Source: Thermodesulfobacteriota bacterium
Lineage (GTDB): Bacteria > Desulfobacterota > Binatia > UBA12015
Direction: 5' to 3'
Assembly: GCA_040755575.1 (NCBI GenBank)
Contig: JBFMAS010000321.1
Location: forward strand, 1-36,031
DNA: 36,031 nucleotides
Of this stretch, positions 1 to 10,029 are shown piece after piece (within the stretch, counting starts at the first letter, position 1; the number at the start of each line of letters is the position of its first letter). The notes beneath the pieces were generated by a model that had not been told where the DNA came from, ran no database searches, and saw only the letters and a program-made list of their open reading frames with translations. The position numbers were made by a program, and so were the translations under genes.

Positions 1-10
1 ATAGGCGCGT

Positions 11-3000
11 TCAGCGCGACGAGCTCTGCGCCGGACATCCCGGTGGGTCGCCCGAGCACGCATCCTGCCCGGCAAAGCCGTCCGGGTCGAGCACCCAGCC
101 CGACAGATCGCCACGGTGGACGAGGACCCACCATTCCGTGACGGGCCATCGTACGACCTGGCTGTACATTTCACATTCCAACGCTCGCGATCCGTCCCAC
201 GCGAGGAAGTACCCCTCGCCCCGGTAGTTGAGGACCGAGAGGCAGGCGCCGGGGGCGATGCCTTCGCGCACGCACGACGAATCGATCGCGCCGTGGGAGA
301 AGTCCGCCACGCCCGCCTGGATCGTTCGGACGAAGCCCGTGGTCGCCTGAACTTCGTCTCCGACGTCGACGACGCCGACCGCCGGGGCGCCGACGAACGG
401 CGCGTCGTAGACGACGACACGCTCCTCGGCGCACCATGCACCATAGACGCAGCACTCGAACGGGCAGTGCCCCGACTCCTCGTAGGGCAACGGCGGCTGC
501 GACCCGGGCACGCAAACCGGCGCGCCCGTCGGCGACGGCGTCTGCGGAGCTGCCGTCGCCGTGGGAGCGGGCGTGGGATGCGCCGTGGGATGCGCCGTCG
601 GATGGGGCGTGAGGCCTGGCGTCGGTGTCGGGCTCGGTGCCGCGGAGCCCGTCGGCTGGGGAGTGGGACGTGCCGTCGGCCGGGGAGTTGCGGCGACACC
701 GTATGCGACGATTGCGGCCTCGCGAGGTGTGACGTCCTTCAGGAGGTTCACGACGCGGCTTCCGGCCTTCACGAATCCCGTGAAGGTCGTGCTGATCCTC
801 CCGATGGTGTTGATCCCGATGTGAAGGAACTTCTTGAAGAGCGACCTCTCGACGGTCGACGCACCGGAGTGAAGGAGCGGCTGGAGCGAATCGTACAGAC
901 CGGCGATGATCCTCTTCAGCGCCGTCTCGATCGTCGCGACGCCGATCGAGCGCGCCAGCATTTCCCCCTTCAGATAGTTCTTCTCCACGGCGATGAGCGC
1001 CGGAAGGACGTTGGCGAGCGCCTCGGCGTCGCCGGCCTTTGCGTAGGGCAGCACGGCGCCGACCACGTCGAGCCCGGCGATGGCGAGATTCAGGGCTAGC
1101 GCATCGATCCACGCGTCGCCTTCCGGCCCGCTCGACCAGACGGCGTTCAGCTCCGCCTCGTCGTTCCGCCAACCTCCGCTGTACGCCAGCACGGCGTAGA
1201 CACCTTCATGTGAAGGCGTGAACGACCGCTCCTGCCGACCTGCGATCGTGCTCACCAGGACGCCGATCGGATCGATCGCGAGCTGAATCCACCCGCCCGC
1301 GATCGCGCCCGGAAGGACGAGGCGCGTGCGATCGCCGTTGTGCTTGACGCTGCCGTAGATGTTGCCGAGCCTGCTGAAGAAGAAGAGCGGATCGCCTCTG
1401 AACCCGGGAACGGAAGTCTCGAGCTCCACGATGTCGACGATCCAGCTGACGTTGGTCTTGATGTCGAGCCCGAACTTTCCGACGGAGGCGACGTCGAGAC
1501 GGAGTGTCGAACCGGAGCTGCTCGCAGTCGTGAGCGCCCCCATGTCGAACTCGGCGATGGTGAGCCTCGGCGCCGAGCTCTCGGCGGTGCTTGCGAGGAA
1601 TGCAGCAGCGCCGCCGACCGGCGCTCGCGTCGCCGAGGCGGTCAGCTGCGACAGGACGGATACCAAGGCGCTCGTGAGAGCATCCTCGAGGCGAGCGTCC
1701 GCGAGAGGATCGGGGCTGTCCTCGTACACCATGCGGAGCACCTCGCCCAGCTGGCGAACCTCCGGGTCCGAGCGAACGACGAGCACCGTCTGCTCGAGAG
1801 CACGACCCAGCTCGGAGGCGAGGAGGGGATTGATCAGAACGAGCGCCTCGGCCGTCGAGTGCTCGTCGATCGCGAAGTGCTCCTCCCGCCAGCCGGAGAA
1901 ATGCGCGAACAGGCGGTTCCGCGCAGACGAAACGGCGGTCGTCAGGGTGGGCCGAACGGTCGAGACCATGGCAGCGAAACGGCCGTCGCCAGAGACGGCG
2001 TACTCACCGTACGGATTGGCGACCGCGTACGACGTGGGAGCGTCGTTCAGCGGTCGAAGCTCCGCCGAGACGCGACCGAGCACCGCTTGAGGCACGAAGC
2101 GCTGCGAGCTCTCCTCCCAGGTGAGCGTCGTTTCGCGGCCTGCCACCGGAAAATCGGTGACTCGACACGAGCCGTCGGCGCCATGCAGGAACGCGGTCCC
2201 GTAGGTCGAGACGCGAAAGCTCGAGCGATGGAACTCCACGCCGTCGGCCAGTGCCCGCGCCGTATGGAGGCCTGGCCCGAGCAGGGACCAGTTCAGGAGC
2301 GCGGAGAAACCGTTGTTGGTGTCGCCGCAGATCGCCGCGGTATCGGCGCGCGAGGTTCCGTACGCCGCCTCCACGACGTGCTGCTCGTCGAACACGATCG
2401 TCACGCTGGTGGCGTCGCACCTCCACCCCGAAACGACGCCGATGCCGGATTGCACGGAGTCGTGTGCCGGAATTTCGAGCACGCCGCGCCCCGCCGGATC
2501 CGACCAGCCGGGTGGAAGCGCTTGCTGCCCGGCGTCGGGGGCGAAGCCCTGAGCCCCCTCGTCCCAGCGCAACTGCACGGATTGCCCTTCGTGCGGAAAC
2601 CCGCCGACGGTGCACCCGCCCGCGGCGCCGCGCAGGAACTCGGTACCGAACGTGCTGACGACCACGCCGGCCTTGCCAAGCTCCACTCCGTCCGCGAGCA
2701 CGCGGACCTCATGCGGTCCGTCGCCGAGGTTGTTCCAGTTGATCAAGAGGCCGAAGCCGTTGTTCGTGTCTCCACAGACGCCGAGCGTGTCCGCGCGGCT
2801 CGTCCCGTATCCGGCGTCGAACCGGATCGACTCGTCGATCTGCACCTGGATCTGCCTTGCGTCGCAGTACCATCCGGAGATGATCCCGATCCCGCTCTTG
2901 CTCGATCCCGGTTGAGGGACCTCCAGAACACCGATCGAAGTGCCATTGCCTCCGGCTTCGCCTGCCTGCACGACGATCTCCGCGGGCGCAGCGAACGTCC

Positions 3001-3367
3001 CGAGGCATCGTCCAGTGGCATCGGCGACGAGCCACGGATGCGTGGTGAACGTGCCTTGCGTGGCGGTCGCCGCGGGGGGGACGTCGAACCACCGCTGGCG
3101 ATCACCCTCGTAATCCAGCCAGTAGACGACGAGCATCGACGAGGTCTCGTTCCGAATCGTGTACTCGGTGGGGTCTCCTGGAGGTGTCGAGACGAGTGCT
3201 CCTTCCCGGCCGCAGGAGGGATCCGTGCCGTCGGCGCTGAAGAAGATGGTGTCCGCAGCGCCCGCGGGAGCCGAGAGCAACGGAATGGTCGCAAGCAGAT
3301 GGACGGTGGTGCGAAGGATCGTCGCTCGAATTGTGGTCGTGCGGGCGCGGTAGAGCGGTCCGGGCAT
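11..3367 (-). CDS. Large secreted modular protein: signal peptide, VHL-beta-like domain, two tandem Ig-like repeats, unknown central domain, Pro/Thr linker, Cys-containing C-terminal domain
   Basis: ATG at 3367 with GGAGG upstream; signal-like N-terminus (LLATIPLLSAPAGA); VHL-beta-like segment IRNETSSMLVVYWLDYEG...TFTTHPWLVAD; two ~130-aa repeats G-LE-P...SGIG-ISGW-CDA...YGTSRADT..CGDTNNGF-LL-NW..LG; PT-rich linker; C-terminal CPFECCVYGAW motif. Confidence 0.8.
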   Translation of the reverse strand: MPGPLYRARTTTIRATILRTTVHLLATIPLLSAPAGAADTIFFSADGTDPSCGREGALVSTPPGDPTEYTIRNETSSMLVVYWLDYEGDRQRWFDVPPAATATQGTFTTHPWLVADATGRCLGTFAAPAEIVVQAGEAGGNGTSIGVLEVPQPGSSKSGIGIISGWYCDARQIQVQIDESIRFDAGYGTSRADTLGVCGDTNNGFGLLINWNNLGDGPHEVRVLADGVELGKAGVVVSTFGTEFLRGAAGGCTVGGFPHEGQSVQLRWDEGAQGFAPDAGQQALPPGWSDPAGRGVLEIPAHDSVQSGIGVVSGWRCDATSVTIVFDEQHVVEAAYGTSRADTAAICGDTNNGFSALLNWSLLGPGLHTARALADGVEFHRSSFRVSTYGTAFLHGADGSCRVTDFPVAGRETTLTWEESSQRFVPQAVLGRVSAELRPLNDAPTSYAVANPYGEYAVSGDGRFAAMVSTVRPTLTTAVSSARNRLFAHFSGWREEHFAIDEHSTAEALVLINPLLASELGRALEQTVLVVRSDPEVRQLGEVLRMVYEDSPDPLADARLEDALTSALVSVLSQLTASATRAPVGGAAAFLASTAESSAPRLTIAEFDMGALTTASSSGSTLRLDVASVGKFGLDIKTNVSWIVDIVELETSVPGFRGDPLFFFSRLGNIYGSVKHNGDRTRLVLPGAIAGGWIQLAIDPIGVLVSTIAGRQERSFTPSHEGVYAVLAYSGGWRNDEAELNAVWSSGPEGDAWIDALALNLAIAGLDVVGAVLPYAKAGDAEALANVLPALIAVEKNYLKGEMLARSIGVATIETALKRIIAGLYDSLQPLLHSGASTVERSLFKKFLHIGINTIGRISTTFTGFVKAGSRVVNLLKDVTPREAAIVAYGVAATPRPTARPTPQPTGSAAPSPTPTPGLTPHPTAHPTAHPTPAPTATAAPQTPSPTGAPVCVPGSQPPLPYEESGHCPFECCVYGAWCAEERVVVYDAPFVGAPAVGVVDVGDEVQATTGFVRTIQAGVADFSHGAIDSSCVREGIAPGACLSVLNYRGEGYFLAWDGSRALECEMYSQVVRWPVTEWWVLVHRGDLSGWVLDPDGFAGQDACSGDPPGCPAQSSSR
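527..700 (-). repeat. Low-complexity Pro/Thr linker repeats (12-bp HPTA units)
   Basis: cgtgggatgcgc tandem copies near 572-607; protein TPHPTAHPTAHPTPAPT. Confidence 0.7.
2091..2932 (-). repeat. Intragenic duplication encoding two Ig-like domains (unit starts ~447 bp apart)
   Basis: GVLEVPQPGSSKSGIGIISGWYCDA...WDEGAQGFAP versus GVLEIPAHDSVQSGIGVVSGWRCDA...WEESSQRFVP. Confidence 0.85.
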
Positions 3368-3500
3368 CGGGCACCCTCCAGTGCGAGGAATCTCGTGAGA
3401 ATGAAGTCTTGCACGACGCATTTTGGACGGTCAAACGCGTCCCTTTTTTTGACTCGACGCCTCGCGGCGCCGAGGACGAGGGCGGCCGAGCCCGTGCCGG

Positions 3501-4439
3501 CTACGGCGTCGCCGCCGCGCAGTGGTCGTCCGGCTCCGCGATCGGCGGCGGATCGCCCGGGCGCTGGGCGAGCGTCACGCGGAGCCGCGGTCCCAGCTCC
3601 GGGATGCCGAGCAGGCACACCGCGCCCTCGCGCGAGAAGAAGCGCGCCGCTCCGGCCTCGACGCGGTCCTTCTTGACGAGCCAGCTCGGCGCATGGTGTC
3701 CGAGCTCGAGCGCTTCGCGCACGTCGGCCGTGACGTCGAGCTCGACGTTGCGCCAGCAGTCGGCGCTGGCGCTCGCCGCGAAGCAGGCGAGCGCCTTGCG
3801 GCAGAGCGGGTCGTAGAGCTTGTGCTCGATCTGCGCATCGCTCGCGACGGCGCGAAAGCCGCGCTGCGGCTCGCCGGGCTCCGGCAAGCCGCCGCGCCAG
3901 GACGTCGCGGGCGGCGGGCTCGTGCAGACCGGTGCACCCGACGGATCGACGGCGCCCGCGTCGTCCTCGCAGGTCCACGTCGCGCCCGGCCCGCCCTCGC
4001 CCGTCGGCGCGCGGAACAGGTCGCGGCGGCTGCAGTACGACAAGCGATCGAAGCGCCGGTCGCCCTCGACCCAGTCCGCGAGGGTCCCGGGCTCCATGAA
4101 GAAGACGCCGATGCCCGTTCCGCGAAGCGGGAACGTGTGGTCGGCAGCGCGCAGGACGAGCACGGCCTCGTGCACGTCCCCGGCGCGACCGGCGAGCGGC
4201 GACAGGTCGAACCCGACGGCGATGCGGTTCTCGAAGCCGCGTGCGCTGTTCCACTTGAGCCAGAGGAAGCCCCACGCGCCGTCGTTGTCGCGCGGGTGCG
4301 CCTCCATGATGGTCGTGTCGCGTGCCGCGGGAAGCGACACCGTGACGGTCTGCGCCCCGGCTGCAGCGGCAGCGGGCAGTGCCCACATGAAGGCGCCGAG
4401 CACCGTCGTCTTCACCGCGAGCGGAATGCGGACGACCAT
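3501..4439 (-). CDS. Secreted protein with DNRLRE-like domain
   Basis: Signal peptide ending AAAGA-Q; ARDTTI...NDG...RIAVGFDLSPL...EAVLVL pattern; C-terminal LDVTADV...WLVKK...FFSRE...PRLRV typical of this family. Confidence 0.65.
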   Translation of the reverse strand: MVVRIPLAVKTTVLGAFMWALPAAAAAGAQTVTVSLPAARDTTIMEAHPRDNDGAWGFLWLKWNSARGFENRIAVGFDLSPLAGRAGDVHEAVLVLRAADHTFPLRGTGIGVFFMEPGTLADWVEGDRRFDRLSYCSRRDLFRAPTGEGGPGATWTCEDDAGAVDPSGAPVCTSPPPATSWRGGLPEPGEPQRGFRAVASDAQIEHKLYDPLCRKALACFAASASADCWRNVELDVTADVREALELGHHAPSWLVKKDRVEAGAARFFSREGAVCLLGIPELGPRLRVTLAQRPGDPPPIAEPDDHCAAATP

Positions 4440-4487
4440 CGCGGCGCGATGCGTATCAGGCCGGCACTGCGGACGCGATGGAACACC

Positions 4488-5444
4488 TCACGCGGCGCTG
4501 TCGTGCTCGCGGAGCCAGCCGAGGATCTCGCGCACGCTTCCGAAGGCCATCGCGATGCTCGTGTCCGCCGCGCCGTAGTAGAGGCGGATCGTGTCGTCAT
4601 CGGAGCCGAGCGTGTAGCCGCACGGGAACGTCACGTTGGCCACGTCTCCCTGACGCTCGTAGGGGGCCTCGGGCCCGAAGATCCAGCAGTCGCCCCGCCG
4701 CAGGCAGTGCTCGGGCCGCTCCAGGTCGAGCAGTGCGACGCCGACGCGGTACAGGCAGCCCGCCGCGGTCTGCCGGACACCGTGGTAGATGAGCAGCCAG
4801 CCCTCCGGAGTCTCGATCAACGGCGGCGACAGACCGACCTTGTTCGCGTCCCACCAGCCCCCCTTCCGTGCCGGCAGGACGAGCTGGTGGTTTCCCCAGT
4901 TGCGCAGGTCCGGTGAGTACGAGATCCAGATGTGCGCGCCGGAATCGGTCATCGGACGGTGCAGGAGTGCGAAGCTTCCATCGATGCGACGCGGGAGGAC
5001 GGCGGCGTCCTTGTCGTCGGGCTGCATCACCAGGCCGAGTCGCTCGAAGTGCCGGAAGTCCGCGGTCAGGGCCAGCGCCACCCCGGGGCCGCCGCGGCCG
5101 AAGGCGGTGTACGCGACCGCGTACTGCCCGAGCTCCTCGACGAACGTGATGCGCGGATCCTCGATCCCCCAGAGCTCGTCCACGTGATGCTCCGGGTCGG
5201 GTTTGAGGGTCGGCTCGGGGTCGATGATCCAGCCGTCGGCGCCGTTCGCCGAGCGCGCCGCGCACAGGTGCGAGTGCCCTCGGCGATCTTCGACGCGGAC
5301 GAGCAGGAGCGTCGTGCCGTCGGCGAGGCGGGTTGCGCCGGGATTGAAGACGGTATGTGCGGGATAGGGCCAGTCCGCCGCCGTCAAGATCGGGTTGCCA
5401 GGCTCGCGGCGGAACAGGGTCTGGTACGGAGCCGATGACGTCAT
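4488..5444 (-). CDS. GH130-family glycosidase/mannoside phosphorylase (PH1107-like)
   Basis: NPILT, VFNPGA, GIEDPRIT, DDKDAAVLP, LLHRP, WLLIYHGV, GDVANVTFPCG, LYYGAADT motifs; ATG 5444 overlaps the GT4 stop (ATGA). Confidence 0.9.
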   Translation of the reverse strand: MTSSAPYQTLFRREPGNPILTAADWPYPAHTVFNPGATRLADGTTLLLVRVEDRRGHSHLCAARSANGADGWIIDPEPTLKPDPEHHVDELWGIEDPRITFVEELGQYAVAYTAFGRGGPGVALALTADFRHFERLGLVMQPDDKDAAVLPRRIDGSFALLHRPMTDSGAHIWISYSPDLRNWGNHQLVLPARKGGWWDANKVGLSPPLIETPEGWLLIYHGVRQTAAGCLYRVGVALLDLERPEHCLRRGDCWIFGPEAPYERQGDVANVTFPCGYTLGSDDDTIRLYYGAADTSIAMAFGSVREILGWLREHDSAA

Positions 5445-7786
5445 GCCCGAACCGCCTGCGCGCTCGGGTCGCCCACGCCGTGTCGGACGCCGGAGCGCAT
5501 CTCCAGCAGCGCCAGGATGAACGACAACGTCGATTCGGCACCCTGGTTCCGGTTGACACGATCCGCGTGAAGCCCATCGCGGCAGCCGCCGGTCGACGCA
5601 TCGTAGAGCGGCGTCTGGAGATGGTTCTGACCGAGGAACCAGCGAAAGGCGCGGCGTGCATGCTCCGTCCACACGGCGTCTCCGCTCGTCCGCTCGGCCG
5701 CGACACACGCTGCGACCATGGCGCACGCCTCGATCGGCTGCTGATCGAATGCCGCCTTGCGTCCCGCGCGCAGATAGAACCCGTTCGAGCCGATCGGTGC
5801 GAACTCGCCGGCCTCCGTTCGCTGGATGGCGACGAGCCATTCGAGCGCCTCGAGCCCTGCGAGCTTCATCTCCTCGTTCTCCATCCGCGAGCCCGAGACG
5901 AGCAGCGCCTGCGCCAGGCGTGCATTGTCGTAGGTGACGCGATCCTCGAACCACGGCCAGTCTGGGCCGCTCGCCGCTCGGAAGAGTCCGAGCAGACGCT
6001 CGGCGAGACGGGTCCGAACGAGCTGCACCGTCGTGTCGCCCTGGAAGGCGTGCAGGTACTCGTCGATCCCGAGCAGGGACGATGCCCAGGCACGCGGGCT
6101 CGTGAAGCTCGACACTGCCGGCAGGGCGGCGTGGAACAGCTCGCTGGCCAGGGTCTGCCTGCCTGGATCGGCACCTCGCCCGACCACCGTGCCGAGCGCC
6201 CAGACGGCGCGTCCGTGGCTGTCCTCCGAGCCGACCTCCTCGGCCCAGCAGCGCGCATACGACATGAAGTTCCTGAATCGCCCGCACTCCGAGTTGTAGG
6301 CGTGGCGCACGAACGCGAGGTAGCGCGAGGCCAGCGCGCGGACAGAGCGAACGTCCTCGGCCCCGGTCTCGTCGATCAGCGCCGTCGCGAGCAGCGCGCG
6401 TGCGTTGTCGTCCAGACAGTACCCGTCCTCGTAGCTGGGGACGTCGAACGCGGCGTGCTGCAGTACGCCAGTCTCGTCGGTCAGCAGCCGAAGGTGCTCG
6501 AGGTTGAGCTCGGGAAGCTCGACCGGACGCGCCGTGAGCGTCCGGGCCTCGAAGCTCGTGCGCCGCCGCGCCGCGTGCTCGGTGCGGGCCCGCTCGAACG
6601 TGCGATGGTAGCTCTGCGCGACTGCCGGCCACAGCATGTCCTTGCCGTACGCGGCGGCCAGACGGCGAAGGACGAGCCGGCCGGCCTCGTCGTCGAGGAG
6701 AGCGACGGTCGCTCGCGCGATCGCCTGCGAGTCGCGCCATGGCACCAGGATGCCGCGGCCGTCGGCGAGCAGCTCGCGCGCGTACGAGTACGGCGTCGAG
6801 ACGACCGCCTTGCCGGAGCCCACCGCGTAGGCGAGCGTGCCGGACGTGATCTGCTCCGGGTTGAGGTACGGCGTCACGTAGACGTCCGCCGCCGCGAGGA
6901 ACGCGCTGAGCTCCGACTGGCTCACGAAGCGGTCGTGGAAGATCATCTTGCCCGCGACGCCGAGGCGCTCCGCCTGGCCCTGGAGCATCAGCCGATACGA
7001 CTCGCCGTGGCGCTCCTTGACGTGCGGATGCGTCGCGCCGAGCACGATGTAGACCGTCTCGGGGTGCCGCGACACGATCTCCGGCAAGGCCTCGATCGCG
7101 TACTCGATCCCCTTGTCCGGAGAGAGCAGGCCGAAGGTCAGCATCACCGACTTGCCCTCGACCCCGAGCAGGTTCTTGTTGCCGCTGTCGAACGGCACGG
7201 ACGGGATCCCGTGCGGGATCCAGTCGATCTTGCGATCCGCAACGGCGTAGGTCTCGGACAGGCGGCGGGCGCCCTGCCGGCTCATGACGACCACGCGCTC
7301 CGACAGCTCCGCGAGCTGTTCCGTGACCTCGCGCTGGAACGAGTTCGGCTCGGCCAGGACCGTATGCATAGTCGACACGATCGGCATGCGAAGCTCACGC
7401 AGCAGGGCGAGAAGATGGCTGCCCGCCTTTCCGCCGAAGATGCCGTACTCGTGCTGCACGCAGACGACGTCGATCGCATTGACGTTCAGGAAGTCTGCCG
7501 CACGCCGATACGACGAGAGATCGTTCTCGGCGATCTCGAACCTGACCCGGGATGGGTAGGCGTAGCGCCTTCCCGGGTCGTTCATCGCGACGACGAGGCA
7601 ATCGATCTCGGGAAACGAGCGGGCGATCCCTTCCGTCAGATCGCTCGTGAAGGTCGCGATGCCGCATTGGCGGGGCAGGTGGTTGCCGATGACGGCGACC
7701 GCACGGAGGGAGCTGCGGGGCCTCTCGGCGCCGACGCCGTCTACGGATCGTAGGTGCCCGGCGGCGGCCGCCGGTCGGCGTTTCAT
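5441..7786 (-). CDS. GT4-family glycosyltransferase fused to a C-terminal helical (alpha/alpha)-toroid-like domain
   Basis: GNHLPRQCGIATFT, VQHEYGIFGG, FGLLSPDKGIEY, TPYLNPEQITSGTLAYA; C-domain GYCLDDNARAL, SEDSHGRA, YDNARL, FDQQPIEA, NQGAESTL. Confidence 0.9.
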   Translation of the reverse strand: MKRRPAAAAGHLRSVDGVGAERPRSSLRAVAVIGNHLPRQCGIATFTSDLTEGIARSFPEIDCLVVAMNDPGRRYAYPSRVRFEIAENDLSSYRRAADFLNVNAIDVVCVQHEYGIFGGKAGSHLLALLRELRMPIVSTMHTVLAEPNSFQREVTEQLAELSERVVVMSRQGARRLSETYAVADRKIDWIPHGIPSVPFDSGNKNLLGVEGKSVMLTFGLLSPDKGIEYAIEALPEIVSRHPETVYIVLGATHPHVKERHGESYRLMLQGQAERLGVAGKMIFHDRFVSQSELSAFLAAADVYVTPYLNPEQITSGTLAYAVGSGKAVVSTPYSYARELLADGRGILVPWRDSQAIARATVALLDDEAGRLVLRRLAAAYGKDMLWPAVAQSYHRTFERARTEHAARRRTSFEARTLTARPVELPELNLEHLRLLTDETGVLQHAAFDVPSYEDGYCLDDNARALLATALIDETGAEDVRSVRALASRYLAFVRHAYNSECGRFRNFMSYARCWAEEVGSEDSHGRAVWALGTVVGRGADPGRQTLASELFHAALPAVSSFTSPRAWASSLLGIDEYLHAFQGDTTVQLVRTRLAERLLGLFRAASGPDWPWFEDRVTYDNARLAQALLVSGSRMENEEMKLAGLEALEWLVAIQRTEAGEFAPIGSNGFYLRAGRKAAFDQQPIEACAMVAACVAAERTSGDAVWTEHARRAFRWFLGQNHLQTPLYDASTGGCRDGLHADRVNRNQGAESTLSFILALLEMRSGVRHGVGDPSAQAVRA

Positions 7787-9276
7787 CGGATCTCCGCGGT
7801 GGTGTCGCGTCGTGCCGCCGACGCACCGTCCACGCGACGCGTCAGCGCGTCGGCCGCCGGCGCCCGGCCATGCACGCCGTACGCATTACGCAGCTCGTCG
7901 AACGACTCCGCCGTCGCACGAACGAAAGCGCCGAGATCGGGGACGAGCTCGTAGCTCGCGTTGAACCCCCAGAACAGCTCCCCATTGTAGCTGAACAGCG
8001 CGATCCCGAGCCCGCAGCGGTCGAGCAGCGGCACGAGAGGGTAGATCTTCTCGAGACGTGCCCCGAGCAGATAGAGCGGGACGTGCGGTCCGGGGACGTT
8101 CGTCACCACCATGTTCATCGGCCCTGACGCGAGCCGGACGCCCCAAGAGATCAAGGAGGCTGGCGCCCATTCCGCCGCGGCCATCATCATCTCGACGGCG
8201 ACGGCGCTCCGCGAACGCTTCAGCGCCGACGTCGCCTCGTGGATCGCTTGCAGCCGCGACCGCACGTCCGGGTTGCCGATGGGGAGCGGAAGCAGCCAGG
8301 CCGACACGTGGTTCCCGGGCATCGGACGGGGCTCGCCGCGCCGGAGGTTGACCGGTGCGGACACGCGGAAATCGCCGTCCGCAGACGATCCGCGACTCGC
8401 CAGGAACCTTCGCAGCGCGCCCGCAACGGTTGCGAGGACGACGTCGTTGAGGGAGCAGCCGGCCGCCTTGCTCACCGCTCGAACGTCCTCGAGAGGAACC
8501 GAATGCCAGTCGAACCGGCGGTGCGCGGTCAGGGCGCCGTTCAGCGGACTCCGCACGGAAGACGCCGTCGCCCAGCCGAACAGCTCGCGCAGCGCGCGAA
8601 GACGGGTTGCCACGTCCGTGCGCAGGTCGACCGTCGCGCGCACGAAGTCGATCAGCTCTCGTGCGAGCTTCATCGGCAGGTCCGCCCGCCGCCAGGAGGC
8701 GTCGCTGAACAGCGTCCAGGAAGAGGGAGCCGGCCGCGGCCAGTAAGGGACCTCCGGGCCCGCATCGAGCGTTTCTCGAGTCGTCGACAGCAGGATGCCG
8801 ACCAGGTCCGCACCGGCAACGCCGTCGATCATGCAGTGATGAAACTTGCTGACGACGGCGAAACGGCCGCCGGCGAGCCCCTCGACGAGCCACATCTCCC
8901 ACAACGGACGGTTGCGATCGAGCTGCTGCTCGAGGATCTGCGCGGACAGCGCCTTGAGCTGCGCGTCCGTACCCGGCCGCGGAAGGCTCGTGAGCCTGAT
9001 GTGGTAGTCGAGATCGAAGCGTGGATCGTCGACCCAGACGGGATGGTTCTCCAGGGGAATCCACTTCAGCTTCTGCCTGCATCGGGGAACGAGGTGAACG
9101 AGCGAAGCGACTCGATGCGTGAACGCGTCGGCGTCGACTCCTCCATCGGCGTTCTCGAGCGAGCCCGCCTCGAAGATCTGCACGGCGCCGACGTGCATGT
9201 GTACGGACGGCGTTTCCGCCACCAGGAACGCGTTGTCCAGCGCCGAGAGCCGCTCGTACGCGGCCGAGGCGATCAC
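7783..9276 (-). CDS. Wax ester synthase/diacylglycerol acyltransferase (WS/DGAT)
   Basis: RLSALDNAFL, MHVG, WVDDPRFDLDYH, LDRNRPLWE, catalytic HHCMIDG (HHxxxDG), TNVPGP; stop overlaps the GT4 start. Confidence 0.92.
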   Translation of the reverse strand: MIASAAYERLSALDNAFLVAETPSVHMHVGAVQIFEAGSLENADGGVDADAFTHRVASLVHLVPRCRQKLKWIPLENHPVWVDDPRFDLDYHIRLTSLPRPGTDAQLKALSAQILEQQLDRNRPLWEMWLVEGLAGGRFAVVSKFHHCMIDGVAGADLVGILLSTTRETLDAGPEVPYWPRPAPSSWTLFSDASWRRADLPMKLARELIDFVRATVDLRTDVATRLRALRELFGWATASSVRSPLNGALTAHRRFDWHSVPLEDVRAVSKAAGCSLNDVVLATVAGALRRFLASRGSSADGDFRVSAPVNLRRGEPRPMPGNHVSAWLLPLPIGNPDVRSRLQAIHEATSALKRSRSAVAVEMMMAAAEWAPASLISWGVRLASGPMNMVVTNVPGPHVPLYLLGARLEKIYPLVPLLDRCGLGIALFSYNGELFWGFNASYELVPDLGAFVRATAESFDELRNAYGVHGRAPAADALTRRVDGASAARRDTTAEIR

Positions 9277-9507
9277 CGTGCACCGCCCGGCAGCTCGCTC
9301 GGGGAGGGCGGTGCGAGGGCTCGCCGCGACACGGATGCAGTCCTCGCTCGTCTCACGAAGCCGCCAGCCAGAATCGGAAAATGGATGAACGCGCTCATAT
9401 GCTCCTCGACGAATCGCGACGGTCCAGCCATGGAGCTGTCCCTCCCGACGTCTTGTTCTTCGCTCTCTTCGCCGGAGCGGGGTTTGCCGATCGAAGGGCG
9501 CAGCCCT

Positions 9508-9832
9508 TCAATGAATTTGTTTTGACGCCGGAGGCCGCCACCCGAGGTCGTGGCATCTGGCACACGTCGGAAAGACGGTCCTGAGCCGCCCCCGATAGCC
9601 GATCAGGCCGTACGTCTCGCGTGCCGCGGTGCCGTCGAGAGAGCCCGGAATCGAAACTTCCGTCGAGATCGACTTGCCGCAGCTCGCGCACTCGACGCGT
9701 AGCGTGACGTTGTCCTCGGCACGCAGCGCGCTGCCCCTAGCGGCCATGGCGGCCCACGAGAGCCGGCTCGATATGAAGCTTGACGAGACTGATGCCGATG
9801 CCGGCGGGTCGAGTCGTGATGCCCTTGCCCAT
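9508..9832 (-). pseudogene. Small CxxC...CxxC zinc-ribbon protein, apparently split by a 1-nt frameshift near 9753-9755 (or an intact 79-aa ORF 9508-9747)
   Basis: SD-like AAAGGGGG before ATG 9832 gives a 31-aa ORF; removing one G in GTG-G-GCC joins it to ORF 9747-9508 containing CASC and CARC. Confidence 0.45.
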
Positions 9833-10029
9833 GAACGCGCCCCCTTTCGGAGTCCGCGCCGAGCACACGTGGGTAGGACAGGGCCCCTACACGACTCGCG
9901 CTGCGGGGCTCAAAACGAACTCGATGGAGAGCTTACGCCGCGCCGTACGTCGGCGCAACCGAGCGCTCGCGGCGTCATCGACGACGCCGTCGGCGCAGCG
10001 CCGCCGACCGAGCGCCGCAAGCTGCGACT

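Noticed and set aside
527-700. Possible CRISPR or VNTR-type array
   Set aside because: Short in-frame repeats encoding a Pro/Thr linker; no repeat-spacer structure and no cas genes in the window
9273-9563. 96-aa ORF coupled to the WS/DGAT start
   Set aside because: No SD or motif and low-complexity composition; more likely the operon's promoter/leader region
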